64,000 bases of DNA from Selaginella moellendorffii (GCF_000143415.4 NW_003314393.1:1-64000); one strand, 5' to 3'. Shown: positions 12,380 through 24,700, numbered from the stretch's first letter. Notes: generated by a model from the letters alone, not told the origin. A program made the numbers and translations.

Positions 12380-15300
12380 ATGGCCTTCAGGGTTGGCGAA
12401 AAGGTTTACATTTTGAATGGTGGGAAGAGAGTTACAAAAGGGACCCTTGTGTCTATGGATCGGAACTTTGTTATATACTGTCAAAGGCTTGGGGAAAGCA
12501 TTGCTGCTGTATCAGTAGAGACTGTCTTCGATGGGAATGTGGTCACTATTGAACGAGGAGAGATGGTCGTCGGGGTAAATGTTGTTGTTGCCTTGAAAAA
12601 TCTTCAGAAGAAAACAGATGTTGGGGACAGCGCAAGTGTGACGCATGTTCCCTCCGTGGATCTTAAAAACCGTGCTACATGGATTCAGGCGAAAGTGTTT
12701 TTAAACAACCCCGAGGGGGAGGTGGTAGCTGAGGGCTTAGCCACAGTTGTCGATCCAAGAGATGTGGTTGCTAATCAAGAATTGGGCTAGGATGATATTG
12801 GAGTTGCGATTTTAGAGGTTGTTAACACAGAAGAAAACAGTCTGACTATTGGAAGCATTGTGCGGTGGAAATTGAGGCACTTAGTGTTTGAGAATGTGAA
12901 GGATTCACAATCAAACACCACTACAACTGATGACAGAACATCTCTTCATGGGAAAAGAAAGTACACCTTCCTAAAGTGCAGCCAAAGGGATCTGAGCAAC
13001 GAACCGAAAAAGCAGAAAATGGCGATGGAGGTTCGAATGGTCTCGACAGTTGTTTGTTGCAAGAGGAGGTGCTGTCAACATGCTGATTGGGATGCTATTG
13101 AAGAGGAGAGAGCAAGATACAAGACATTGTCCTGGAAGGCAGCTCGCAATTTTGTGTATGAGGCATTACGGTCATCTGTTGATGCTTCAGAACATCAGGT
13201 GGGGGGCATGGTCTTCCAGACGGGTTTGGTCTGCATGAAGGCATGGAGAATCATTTATGGAGTCCCTCGAACCACATTCTACAGAATCAAAACTGAGTTC
13301 GAGGAACAAAGGGTTCAACAGGCAGTCCATGGGAACGACGGTACGCACAAAACCAGGGGTCATGTTGTATATGGAGAGGCAATCTTCAAGAGGTTTGTCG
13401 AGACATGTAGCGAGCAGCAACCACATAAAACCCGCCTCTTGGAAGATGGAACACGAGACACCCAACGAGTTCTCCCTTCCATGTATACCAAGGGGGCCAT
13501 ATTAGAAGATGTGAATCGGGAACTCCAGAGTAATGGCTACAGGAAGCTGAGCCAATCTAGATTTAGTAGATTGTGGAGCAACAGGTTCAGGGATGTGAGT
13601 ATAGGAAAGTACTCCAGCTTTTCAAAGTGTGACGAGTGCACTGCTATCAAAATGGCTTTGTCGAAGAATTCTTGCAGCGCTCAAGAGCGAGAGACGTTGG
13701 TTAGAAGGCGGCTCGACCACAACATCGAGCAAAGAAGCTGCAGGACTGCATATTATCATAACAAGATTCTCTCCATGGAGAGACCTGACTCTTACCTCTG
13801 CATCATCCACGACAAAATGGACCAGAAAAAGACGTGCTTACCTCGACTCAATCCTGCCCCCAAGGCAATCTCTTCATCCATGCAGCTGCCTGTGTCTCTG
13901 TTTGGCATAATCGCTCATGGGCATGGTGCCCAGAACTATGGGAACTTCTTTGTACCTCTATGGGGTGGCGGGGGTGCAAACATGATGATTGCGTCCCTAG
14001 CAAAACACTTAAGGTCTCTGCAAAGTGCGCAGACTGAGCTGAACGGCCAACCCTTGCATAAGGCCCTTGTCGATCGAACCCCATACAGGGTTCAGCTGGA
14101 GGAGGAGCAAAGGCTTGCAGTATCGCGTGGGGCCCCATGCCATCCCAGTGAATATGTTGGCCGTCAGATTGTAGGGTTATCACGTGAGGCCTCATGCCAT
14201 TCCGACGAGGCTGGTCGCCCGGTGAATGCACAGCCTCATCCAAACGAAGCAGAATCTCAAGGAAGTTCTTGCGGCCGATGTGGCCTTCCACCCCATCTTC
14301 TGCTCCAAACAGACACTGCTGGCAGTGAGAACAAAAACATGTACGTCTTCGCGTACTTCGCGATGCTTGTTGCCAAAGGCATATTTGAAACGGTTACACT
14401 TGGCTTTCTCATGGTTGGGCACACTCATGAAGATGTCGATGCTATGTTCAGTCACCTGGCAGAGTCCCTCCGGCGATCCAATGTCCTCACCCTCCCACAA
14501 CTCTACGATGAATTCCAAAATTGCATCAAAGGCACTGTTGAAGCTGCACTTCTGACAGAGGTTCCAGACTTTAAGGGGTTTGTAAGAGGCTACATCAGGG
14601 ACGGATCCGAAACGCTGATTGGCCACTCCAAGCCTCTTCAGTTTCATTTCAGCATGTGTGACGGTGCTCCAGTGATGAGGTACAAGATGAGAGAATGGGA
14701 CACAGTGTGGCTGCCAGTGGACGGCATTGAACTCTTCAAGAGAGATCCCATAACTGGGGAACCTATGATTCCTCAGGGTTCCCCACGGCCGATGCACCCG
14801 GATGGACTCAAAGACCAGGAAAGTATAGTGGCCGGGATTAGACAGCATATTGCCTTCTGGAAGAGGGGGTTGGTGTTTGGTGGAGAATCCTATTTTCAGA
14901 GGTGCAAGCCTTTGCTCGAATACTGGGAGAAGATTATATCTGCTATCCAAAATGGGCTGGTTGTATATGAAGAATTGGAAGAGTCCTTTTGGCCAAAACC
15001 CAGAGCACTAGATAGTAGCGGAACAATGTCCTCTGGAAATGCAGTGACAGATAACGATGTTGAGGATCACTATTGTGGGCCGAGGAACAAGAAGCCGGAT
15101 TCAGCATTCAATCCAGTACAGGTCTGCAAAGGAATGGTCGTGCTTATCAGACCCAGTAATAAAAAACAAATGATATGGGTGGGGCGCTGCATCACTGATG
15201 CAGAGGAGGACGCGGAAACTAACTCCTTCAATGTAACTGTGGAGTGGTTCAAGCCAAGTTCCGGATATACGAAGGATTGCCTAGAAAAGATATGGGTGCT

Positions 15301-15521
15301 GAATCCAATGGATCCCAGCATGAGCATATCGGTGGATAATGTTGTGCATGGTTGGATGCGGAAGCAGAGTGCCACCATCACCTTGCCAGACCATGCAAGA
15401 GATGCAGCAAGAGCATTCATAACCCGGGTTCAAGGTGAGATTCATGAATATTCCTTTACTAAGTTTCTAATGTATTTTATTTCAAGGTGAACAATCCGAA
15501 TCTGAATCAGAGGAGGCGTGA
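12380..15521 (+). pseudogene. E1 transposase, Sola-like/DUF7869-type DDD, with two N-terminal Tnp1/En/Spm(DUF8039)-like repeats; TGG>TAG stop at 12788-12790
   Basis: CCKRRCC, VCMKAWRIIYGVPRTTFY, FSRLW...FSKCDEC; putative catalytic LCIIHDKMDQ / LLQTD(N)AGSENKN / FLMVGHTHEDVDAMFS; short final intron and last exon GEQSESESEEA*. Confidence 0.85.
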
Positions 15522-17129
15522 TGGCATGTGGCCTTACGCCATTCCTAGGTGAGATGATACAAATAACAAGTATAAATTCTTAGTTGTTCTAGTAAATCTT
15601 ACTTAAAGTTCAAGGTGAACAAGCCGAATATGAATTCATCGGATTGTTATAACAAATTGCGAGGTGATGGCATGAGGCGATACGCCATTTGAGAGTGGTA
15701 GCCATTCCTATATGAGGTGAGTGAAGTATTTATTAGAAATACCTCATTCAATTGTGCACTTCTAAGTCTTGGTCCACTTAGTACTGTTTGCATGTTTTTA
15801 TTTTAATTCTTTCTCTAAAATGTTATTTAGCATGTGGCTTCATGCCATTGCTCTCCACAATCATGCATTGAATTTTTCTATACTTCTCCATATATATAGC
15901 ATGTGCGCACATGTGATATGGTTCATTAGGCCTGATATAGTGTGTGAGGTAAAACAAAGATGATGTGACATATGCATTTACCAATCACACGTGCATAAAT
16001 CTAATAATATGGTGTGTGGCCCATATTAATGGCACATAAACCCATATTGTGGGCTTACGTGCTTTATGTACCATCATTCCCTTGCAGAGTGTGTGTTGGT
16101 TTCCTTTTATAACACAACGAACTCCATATTTTAGGGTGAAGAGCGTTCTCATGGCAAGCACAAAATCTGTAAGTGAGGCAGAAAAGGAGACGGAGAAGGA
16201 GATATGTGAAGATGTAGAATATATAAATCTTCCAAACTCCCCGTACTATACTCCAGGTGATCATTTTTCTGAACAAACGGCAACATTAACAACTATCGAG
16301 AACGCCCCAGTAACGTCAGAGACAACAATCCAAAGCAAAACAACTGACCCGGTGAAGGATGATAGTACCGCTGAGAGTACCAAAAAGGAGGTGTCCACTA
16401 GCGCTTAGGCTTATAATGGCGTGTGCCCTCATGCCATTTACTTGATCACCAAATACCTTTTTCCCTTTGCACTAGTATATCTTAATACCGGTCTGAGAAA
16501 TAGAATGGCATGTGCCCTCAGGCCTTTTACTAAATCACCTTTGAAATAAATGCAAGCCTCTATGTCGTAAAAAAAAGGTACTAGAGAAATTCCTTAATAA
16601 TATGAATGTTATTTAGTTTCATGAAAATACACTAAGGGTCAAATGAGTTAAATGACTTCTCCAAACTAGCAATGCCTCTTGCTACACCTTCACAATTAGA
16701 TTCGTTAGAAAAAGATAACATTGAATAATATCTAAATGTTCTCACCATTAAGTTATATGTCTGGCTAATAGGAATGACGTTCATCTTGGAAAGCTCACCA
16801 CACGCTCAATGAACAAACAAATAGTGTGTGCGCGCATGCCATCGCTCTTCTTTAGCTTCAGATTCGGCTTGTTCACCTTGACAATGAGATTTATTATACA
16901 ACCAGATGGACTCAGTCTGGACACAAAGTCACCGCGCTAGTCACCATGCCCCAGATATGTCTAGCCCCTGGACAAAAAACATATAATTTCACGTCATTTT
17001 CAAATACTTGAAAATTTGTACCTAGTCCCATTTTACTGAATAAATCCCACTTTAACGAAATAGAGCATAGGGTAAAGATGACCCACCTCTCCCATTTCAA
17101 CGGATCCGTGTCCATAGTCCATTATAGTA

Positions 17130-19226
17130 GACAAGGATGGAATTCTTAAATGCTTTAATTTGGCAAAGGTGAACGCTCCTAGAGAGATAAAGTGGCAAAG
17201 TAACCAAGTGATAAAGTCATGGATAGCCCTAGCATGAATTATGGATAAGTGAAATTTAGTGCCAAAGGTGGTACGAAATAAAAAAGAGGATGATAGTGCC
17301 CTCAAGTAAAGAACTTCTTATGATGGGGAAGTGATGTTTGTATAATTGATACAATGCAAGGTGTCAGACACACCTAGGAAATTGATTCAAGATGTCAATA
17401 TTAAAGTTCTAGAGTGTGATGGTTATATTGGTAGAGGCTGAGAATACTCCAGAATGAGTATTAAGATTGAGATTGAGAAGGTGTCTCTAACAAGTTTAGT
17501 GAGAACTAAATAAACAAAGGTAAAGAACTACCATTGGTGATCTAATGAGACTTTAAATTGGAAAGACTATATGGTGAGCATTAACAAATTTTAGTTTAGT
17601 GCTAAGGATAAAAATAGTAATCTATAATGGGGTTACTTTATAAAATGGTTTATCATTCAATAAGGACATTGAACTTTGTCTAGAGGTGGTAGAGTTGTGA
17701 GACACAAATCTTAAAGCCTCAAAATGGAGCCAAAAGGGTGCCACATAGTAGTGGTCGAAGTGAAAGTCTAAAAAGCATAACATGTTTGGATCAAAACCTT
17801 TGACTTAGAAAATCGAGAGTGGGAGTGGAACTCAAAATAAAGTGCTTGAGAAATGAGTATGAAAAAATCAATGAATGAGTTTTTAAAAAGGGACACAAAA
17901 AGAACTAACACATGGCAAGTGTCATAACACATGGAAATGTCAAAATTGAGTCCGAAAAAGAGCCCTAGAAGGAGTCTAAGAAGGAGTCCGAGAAAGAGTT
18001 TAAGAAGGAGTTTGAGAAGGAGTGCAAGATGGAGTCCCAGAAGGAGGCCGAGAAGAAATCTGACATAGAGTCTAAGATGGAGTCTAAGATGGAGTTCAAG
18101 AAGGAATTTGAGATGGAGTCCGAAAAGAAGTCTGAGAAGGAATCCTAAATGGAGTCCAAGGAGTCCAAAAAGGAAGCCAAGATGGAGTTCAAGAAGGAAT
18201 CTGAGAAGCAGTTCAATATGGGAACCGAGACCGAGATTAAGGCTGAGACTCCAAGTCCAAGTTTGAGTCTGAGTCCGAGTCTAAGTCCAAGTTCGAGTTC
18301 AAGTTCGAGGGTGAAAGCCCAAAGCAATTGTCTCCTAGACCCTAAGGGGCTTGGTGAGCTCCAAAAGGATAGTAAGGGGAGGACTTTAATAGAATCAATT
18401 TGGCCAGGAAAGATTAGTGTGACCAAGGAAGGCTATACCCATATGGTGGGTGATGATGTAACCACTCAGGAGTCCGAGGCTAGAGTGAACACAGATGGAC
18501 AAGTGGGGTAACTTGGTGAAGTATTCAAGAGCCAGCTTTAGCTCCCTTAGGAGATTGAAAGATAGATGCTCCTAATCCAAGTGTGGATGGCACTACCTAC
18601 TTGGATATCTAGTGTGGCTTATTAGAACCTTGCTTTAGCCACATGGCTAGGGCACTTAAGGGTGGAAGGTGGAAAGAGTATCTACAAAGCTCATGTAGGG
18701 CTACTGTGTTTTGAAATATCATCCCAAAGTCCCAGACTGTGGAAAGGAAAAGGAGAAATCCTCTTATATAGTGACTAAGGATATAGTTATATAGTGTGGA
18801 AGTCTAAGAAGTCAGTGGGACTTAGTGGTTGGGCTTTCAAGCCCTAACCCAGTGGTGGTGTTGGTGAGCATGGCCATGGATGGAGGGGGACTTGATGGGG
18901 ACTTAAAAAGGGATATTAGAGAAGCATCTTAAAGATGCTAAAGTGTGGTCTTGGGATGACCACTCATGGAAAGATGGCCCAATCTTGGAGAGAATTATGG
19001 TATGGGTGGTTTTGGATTGCCAATGAGACAAAGGTAAATGAATATGGCTTTAGTGTAACGAGTTGGGATGTCAATGGTACCTTTAGGATGTCTTTGATGG
19101 GATTTGATACATGGAGCACTTGGACCAAGTGTAACAGTTGAGTGGCATAGATGGGGTTAATATATCCCTAAATTAGAAATAGGACTTATGGAGGTTGTGA
19201 GTGAAACTCCTCCAAATGGTCAAAGG
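17130..19226 (+). mobile_element. Old, diverged fragment of the non-autonomous LTR family: 3' internal region, PPT and truncated 3' LTR (from 17696)
   Basis: Diverged reverse complement of ~29960-32100; TGTGAGACAC at 17696 preceded by purine-rich AGAGGTGGTAGAGT; decayed GAGTCC-type repeats at 17950-18310. Confidence 0.8.
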
Positions 19227-20330
19227 GTTTATAGTGATGGTTGCAATCTTTCCATTCCACCACTATTGCGAATATGACTGTAGGTATCAAAACTTATCTT
19301 TTAGTGAGTCTTTTTGCATATTCTCTCCTTACTACCATGATGGCAAGAGGTCCATATTGCTAAATCATTTATTAGTCCCTCTTGGAGTTAATTGGGCATT
19401 TTGAGTATATTTAAACTGGACTATAAGCAACCAAAAAGAATGACTTGAGAAATGATCCATAAAGATTCAAAATTTATGAGATAATACTTAATAGTTATTT
19501 TATCCTCATATGTTTCTTAAAGTTTCAAGGATCCACAGTGATAATATATCTAAATTTTATCCCATGATCATATGTACTACAACCACATATCCTAGATCAG
19601 ATAATATATTCACTTCTCTTCCACTTTTCTTGGAACTTTGGAAGCAAATTTGGGCCATATTTGAGGAATTTTCTAGAGGTTTGGAGACCTTAACAACTAA
19701 AGTCTAGGTCAGTGCTTTTTTCCCTCTTAGATTCTTGCTACTTTATCTTTGTTTCTCTCTTTTCTTCATAGTTTTTCTTCTTTCTTCCATTTTTCTTTAG
19801 TTAAGTTCTTAGTTCTATGATCAAGTTTTCCCCTTGTGGTTTTCCTTTGATCCTAGAACTTTGAAATTTTTTCTCACTCCTTTCTTTTCTTTATATTCCT
19901 GTCAGTTTTGTTTTCACAATAGTTGCCAAAAAAGGGCATCACTTTATGGTCTTTAGTAGTGATTGAGTCATGGGTTCTTGTATGCGATGGTTTCTAGCAT
20001 AATCCCTCGTGGTTGCCTGTTATGTAAAGCCATATAACTATTTGAACGGAAAAAAAATAACCATTGATGTAAGCTTATTGCATATAAAAGGAAGACTTAG
20101 TTCTTTTCTAGAATACATTCTTGAGGGGTTTGTCATAGCATACTATCTAGAATTTATAGATTTTCATTCATTCTCATTTGAAAAGAGGGAAATACACACA
20201 AATGTTTGTGGGTTCTAGTGTTGGTAATTTTAACTTTCACAATCTTTTTTCTTAGGGTTCAAGTGCTAAAAGATGCAATAATTATCCCATTGCACAGTAT
20301 AACCAAACTATATAAGAGAATGAAAGAGAG

Positions 20331-20716
20331 TGTCAGAAATCCCCCAATTCTTGCCACATTCCTGACTCTCGCCAGATTTCTGACCTGCAGACCACATTCC
20401 TGATTCTCAAGACACTTCCCTATTCCTGACTCTCGAGACAGTTCCCTATTCCTGACTCTCAAGACACTTCCCGATTCCTGAGTCTCGAGCCACATTCCTG
20501 ATATTGATGTGGTGCCTCCTCGACCTCAGCTATATTTAGGCCGTCCTCGATCCAAGAGTGGTGGAGCTTCATCAACCTATAGTATATATAGGTTAGCCTT
20601 GTTCCATTTCTCCACAATCTGAATCAACACCAGTCTAAGGCTTCTTCTTTGTTTCCACTAGCTTTTCTCTTTGTCTTTAGCATTTTCTAGTCTTGATCTT
20701 GTTGGGGGTCTTGACA
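20331..20716 (+). repeat. Gypsy 5' LTR (386 bp) with 26-bp tandem repeats in U3 and a TATA box
   Basis: TG...CA ends; ATTCCTGACTCTCAAGACACTTCCCT units at ~20395-20500; TATATATA at 20583-20590. Confidence 0.95.
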
Positions 20717-20718
20717 GT

Positions 20719-20733
20719 TTGATTCAGATTGTG
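20719..20733 (+). promoter_or_regulatory. Self-priming primer-binding site
   Basis: TTGATTCAGATTGTG is the exact reverse complement of CACAATCTGAATCAA (20613-20627) just downstream of the LTR TATA box; no TGG tRNA-type PBS is present. Confidence 0.8.
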
Positions 20734-20813
20734 CTTTTTGCTTTTCTTTTAGCTCGTTTTGATTATTTGATTGCCTTTGTCTTTTTCCCCCTTTCTTTTC
20801 TTTCTTCTTGCCA

Positions 20814-21776
20814 ATGGAGTCTCCAAGCCATCCTGATTTCTTTGCCGAAGTCCTTGCAAAAATCCAGTCTGAGAATACCGAGCTGAAGGCGACCCTTCTT
20901 CGCATGCAGCAGGAGCTTGCTTCACTTTCGGCTTAAGGATCTAGCAAAGTTCCTGAACCGAAGGTGAGTTTCCCGGCGAAATTTTCAGGCAAGCGTTCGG
21001 AGCTTCGTGGATTTTTGAACCAAATGGAGCTGATCTTTGCACTTCAACATCGGCGGTACCCCACTCCCGAGTCTCAAATCGGCACGATTGAGACGTTGCT
21101 CGAGGGTGCAGCTTTGTCATGGTTTTCTCCTCTTCTGGAGAAGAGCATGAAAGGGGTCGTGGTTCCGGAGCTGATGGATCTTCAATTGTTCAAAGAGAAG
21201 CTCGAAGCATGTTTTGGCGAGACGGATCGGGTTCGGGCTGCTACCACAAAGATGAGACGTCTCTCTCAGGGGTCTTGTCCTGCCTCGATCTACGCTGCAG
21301 AGTTCCAACTCCTTGCCTTGGACACTCAGTGGGATGAGCGGGCCCTGGTTGACCAATTTCGTTTCGGCCTCAACAACGGTGTCAAGGATTTGTTGCTCAC
21401 CATGGAGGATCCCAAGGACTTGTCGGACGCCATCAACAAAGCTGTTCGATGTGACAATTGTCTCTTTGAACGTCGTTAGGAAAGTCGCTGCGCCGCTGTT
21501 TTTCCATCCCAGACTCAGGAATCCCAGCTTGAGTCTTTGGGGCATAGTCTTGAACCTACTGCTCCGGTCCCGATGGATATTTCTGGTACTCCCCGACTCA
21601 TTAAAGGGAAGTTGAGTCCTGCTGAGAAGCAACGTCGAATATCTCATAATCTTTGCCTCTACTGTACTGATCCTAATCACAAAGCAGCTGTGTGTCCCAA
21701 GAAGCCTCCCCGACTGCTCGAGTTCACTCTGCCTCAAAGTCCACCTTTGTTGAAGTCGGGAAACGACCCTATCTAA
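20814..21776 (+). pseudogene. gag: Gypsy gag with premature stops
   Basis: EPKVSFPAKFSG..LRGF, LEGAALSW, QG..PASIYAAEF, FRFGL, PMDI, zinc knuckle CLYCTDPNHKAAVC; GGGAAAC slippery site at 21758-21764. Confidence 0.9.
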
Positions 21777-24700
21777 ACAGAGTAGGAGCTGTCTGTTTGG
21801 ACTCCCCGAATAAAAATCACTTTTCTTCCTTATCAAGCTCCTCACCACCTTTCATCAAAGCCACCACCAATTCCCGCAACTTCCACGTCCCATGTCTCCT
21901 TTCTTTCACCGGACAATCAGGACTCAAGGCTTTGGCGCTACTGGACTCGGGTGCAACTTCCTGCTTCATGGACACAGACTTTGCTGCCTGACATCACGTT
22001 CCTCTTTCTCCTACCATATGGGATCTGAGGGTTGAAGGCATCGGTGGGCATTTTGTGTCTCCATCTTCTGGACTTAGGGAAACGTTGCCCGTTCGAGTAC
22101 ACATCGGGTCCACTGTCACTGATATCACCTTCAACATCATCAATAGCAAGTCCTCCTCTATGGTGCTTGGTCTTCCTTGGTTCCAACTATATCAGCCTCA
22201 GATTTGTTGGAAGGACTTACAGCTCATCTCTCCCACATCACCATCTCCCACGGCTTCCCCTACTGTTCATCGAGTCCGAATCAGAAAAAGTTCCCTAAAC
22301 TCAAATCGGGGTTCTGTTCCTGACTCTACGAAGTTTTCACCCTCTTCTTTTTCCTCTCTTCCATCTTACACTGGACAGTATCCTCATCTCATCATTCCAT
22401 TTAGTTGTACACCTCCTCCTATCTCCACAATCACTATGAAAGAACTCCTTCATGAAGAACCTATTTTCCTTTTTGCTTTGCATGTTTTTCCTGTCAGTCT
22501 TCCTGAGAAGTATCAATTTTGGGGATGTGTTTGACAAGAAAAAAGCTAGTGTACTGCCTGCTCATCGGCCTTATGACTGTCCCATTGATTTACAAGAAGG
22601 AGCGTCACCTTTGTGGGGGCCTATCTACGGGTTATCCCCGTCCGAGCTTAAGGCCCTCAAAGAATACGTGGATGAGAACCTTGCCTCGGGGTTCATTCAG
22701 CATTCGCAGTCCCCGGCTGGAGCGCCTGTCTTCTTTGTCAAGAAGAAGGATGGGAGTTTGTGGCTAGTCATCGATTACCAAGGTTTGAACAAGGTGACTG
22801 TTCGGAACTGTTATCCGCTGCCCCTGATCTCAGACCTGTTGGAATGCCTCGGCGGTGCCTGCTTCTTCACCAAGATTGACCTCCGTGGCGCATACAACCT
22901 GATCCAGATCTGGCCTGGTGATGAATGGAAGACTGCGTTCCGAACCCGCTACGGCCACTTCGAGTACACTGTCATGCCATTTGGCTTGACAAATGCTCCA
23001 GCAGTTTTCCAACACATGGCGAACGACGTCTTTCAGGAGTTTCTTGATCAGATTGTGATCGTCTACCTCGATGACATCCTCATCTACTCAAGAACTCAGG
23101 AGGAGCACGACGAACATGTACGCAAGGTGCTGGCGAAGCTGCGAGAACATGGCCTATACGCGAAGCTTGAGAAATGTTCCTTCGATCAGCAGCCTGTGGA
23201 GTTCCTTGGGTACGTTGTCACTCCTGAGGGTATCACGATGGATCCTGCCAAAGTCAAGACTATTCTCGAGTGGGAGCCTCCACAATCAATGTCGGACGTT
23301 CAGGTTTTCCTTGGCTTCGCCAACTTTTACCGCAAATTCATTGATCACTACTCTGACATTGTCCTTCCTCTCACGCATCTCACTCGCAAGGATGTTCCCT
23401 TCTCTTGGTCTACTGCTGCACAGCATGCCTTCGACACACTCAAGGCAGCCTTCAGTTCAGCTCCCATTTTGATCCATGCTGATTCCTCACAACATTTCTT
23501 CATCGAGGCTGACGCCTCTGACTTTGCCATCGGTGCTGTGCTGTCTCAACTCAGAGCGGATCAAGAACTTCATCCGGTCGCTTTCCATTCTCGGAAATTC
23601 CAGCCTGCGGAGATCAATTACGAAATCCAAGACAAGGAGCTCCTTGCCATTGTGGATTCCTTTGGAGAGTGGCGCCATTTCTTGGAGGGGGCGGGCCATC
23701 AAACAACAGTCTGGACGGATCACAAAAATCTCGAGTACTTTGCCACTTCCCGAGTTTCAAGCCATCGTCAAGCAAGGTGGGCACAATTCCTAAGTCGGTT
23801 TAACTTTGTTATCAAGTATAGACCTGGAAAGCTTCAAGGCCTTTTTGATGCTCTTTCAAGGCGCTCCTATCTCAGTCTCAGGCCTGGTATTCCTGCCTTC
23901 GATCAACAGGATCAAATTATCCTCGGTCCTGATCAGCTTCAAGTTATGGCAATTTCCCTGGCCCCTCAGGACTCCTCCTTGATGGATGCCATCAGAAACG
24001 ATATTCAATCCGATGATCTCGCCAGCGACATTTTCCCCCATCTTCAGGCTGGACACCCTGTGACTCCCGACTGCCGGCGATTTGATGAGTTCGAGTTCTT
24101 AGATGGCTTATTATACCGTGGGGAGCAGCTTTACGTTCCTGAAGGTGATGCTCGAAGGTTGGTCCTAATGGCGTGCCACGATAGCCCGACTGCTGGTCAC
24201 TTCGGTATTGCGAAAACCTATGAGCTAGTTGCACGGGACTTTTGGTGGCCTCACATGGACAACTACATCAAAGCTTTTGTTACCTCCTGTGACACTTGCG
24301 CCCGGAATAAGGTACCTCGCCACCTTCCTTCAGGGTTGCTTCGTTCCCTTCTGGTCCCTTCAGGTCCTTGGGAATCCATCTCCATGGATTTCTTGAGTGA
24401 TCTTCCGAGTTCTGGAGGCTTCAACAGCATTTTAGTCGTGGTGGATCGCTTCATAAAGATGGCGCACTTCTTGCCATGTACCAAGGAGTTTTCGGGTGAG
24501 GACATGGCAAAACTGGTATTCAGGGAAATTTTCCGACTTCATGGGATTCCTACAGATGTGGTTTCGGATCGGGGACCTCAGTTCATCTCTCATTTCTGGC
24601 AACGGTTTTTGCAGCTGCTTGGAGTGAAGGCCAACCTCTCTTCGGCGTATCATCCTCAAACTAATGGGCAGTCCGAGCGAACGATTCAGACGTTGGAACA

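Larger units (their letters stand above)
3520..17068 (+). mobile_element. E1: full-length ~13.5-kb Sola-like DNA transposon with multidomain cargo gene
   Basis: 24-bp TIRs AAGCTCTATTTCGTTAAAGTGGGA (3520-3543) and TCCCACTTTAACGAAATAGAGCAT (17045-17068), 1 mismatch; 4-bp TSD AGGG at 3516-3519 and 17069-17072; encodes a DDD transposase. Confidence 0.93.

Noticed and set aside
14192-14950. 252-aa antisense ORF (and similar shadow ORFs at 7611-8219 and 11881-12282)
   Set aside because: Antisense or intergenic ORFs with no recognisable motifs; recurrence is explained by recent copy identity.
3906-16842. Palindromic repeats as a CRISPR array or REP/MITE family
   Set aside because: Spacing is irregular (40 bp to more than 1 kb), copies lie in introns and codons, there are no cas genes or per-copy TSDs, and the context is eukaryotic.
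3520-17068. Classification as CACTA, hAT or Helitron
   Set aside because: Ends are not CACTA, the TSD is 4 bp rather than 3 or 8, there is no Rep/helicase, and the core motifs are QxDNxxxENKN / GHTHEDxD.
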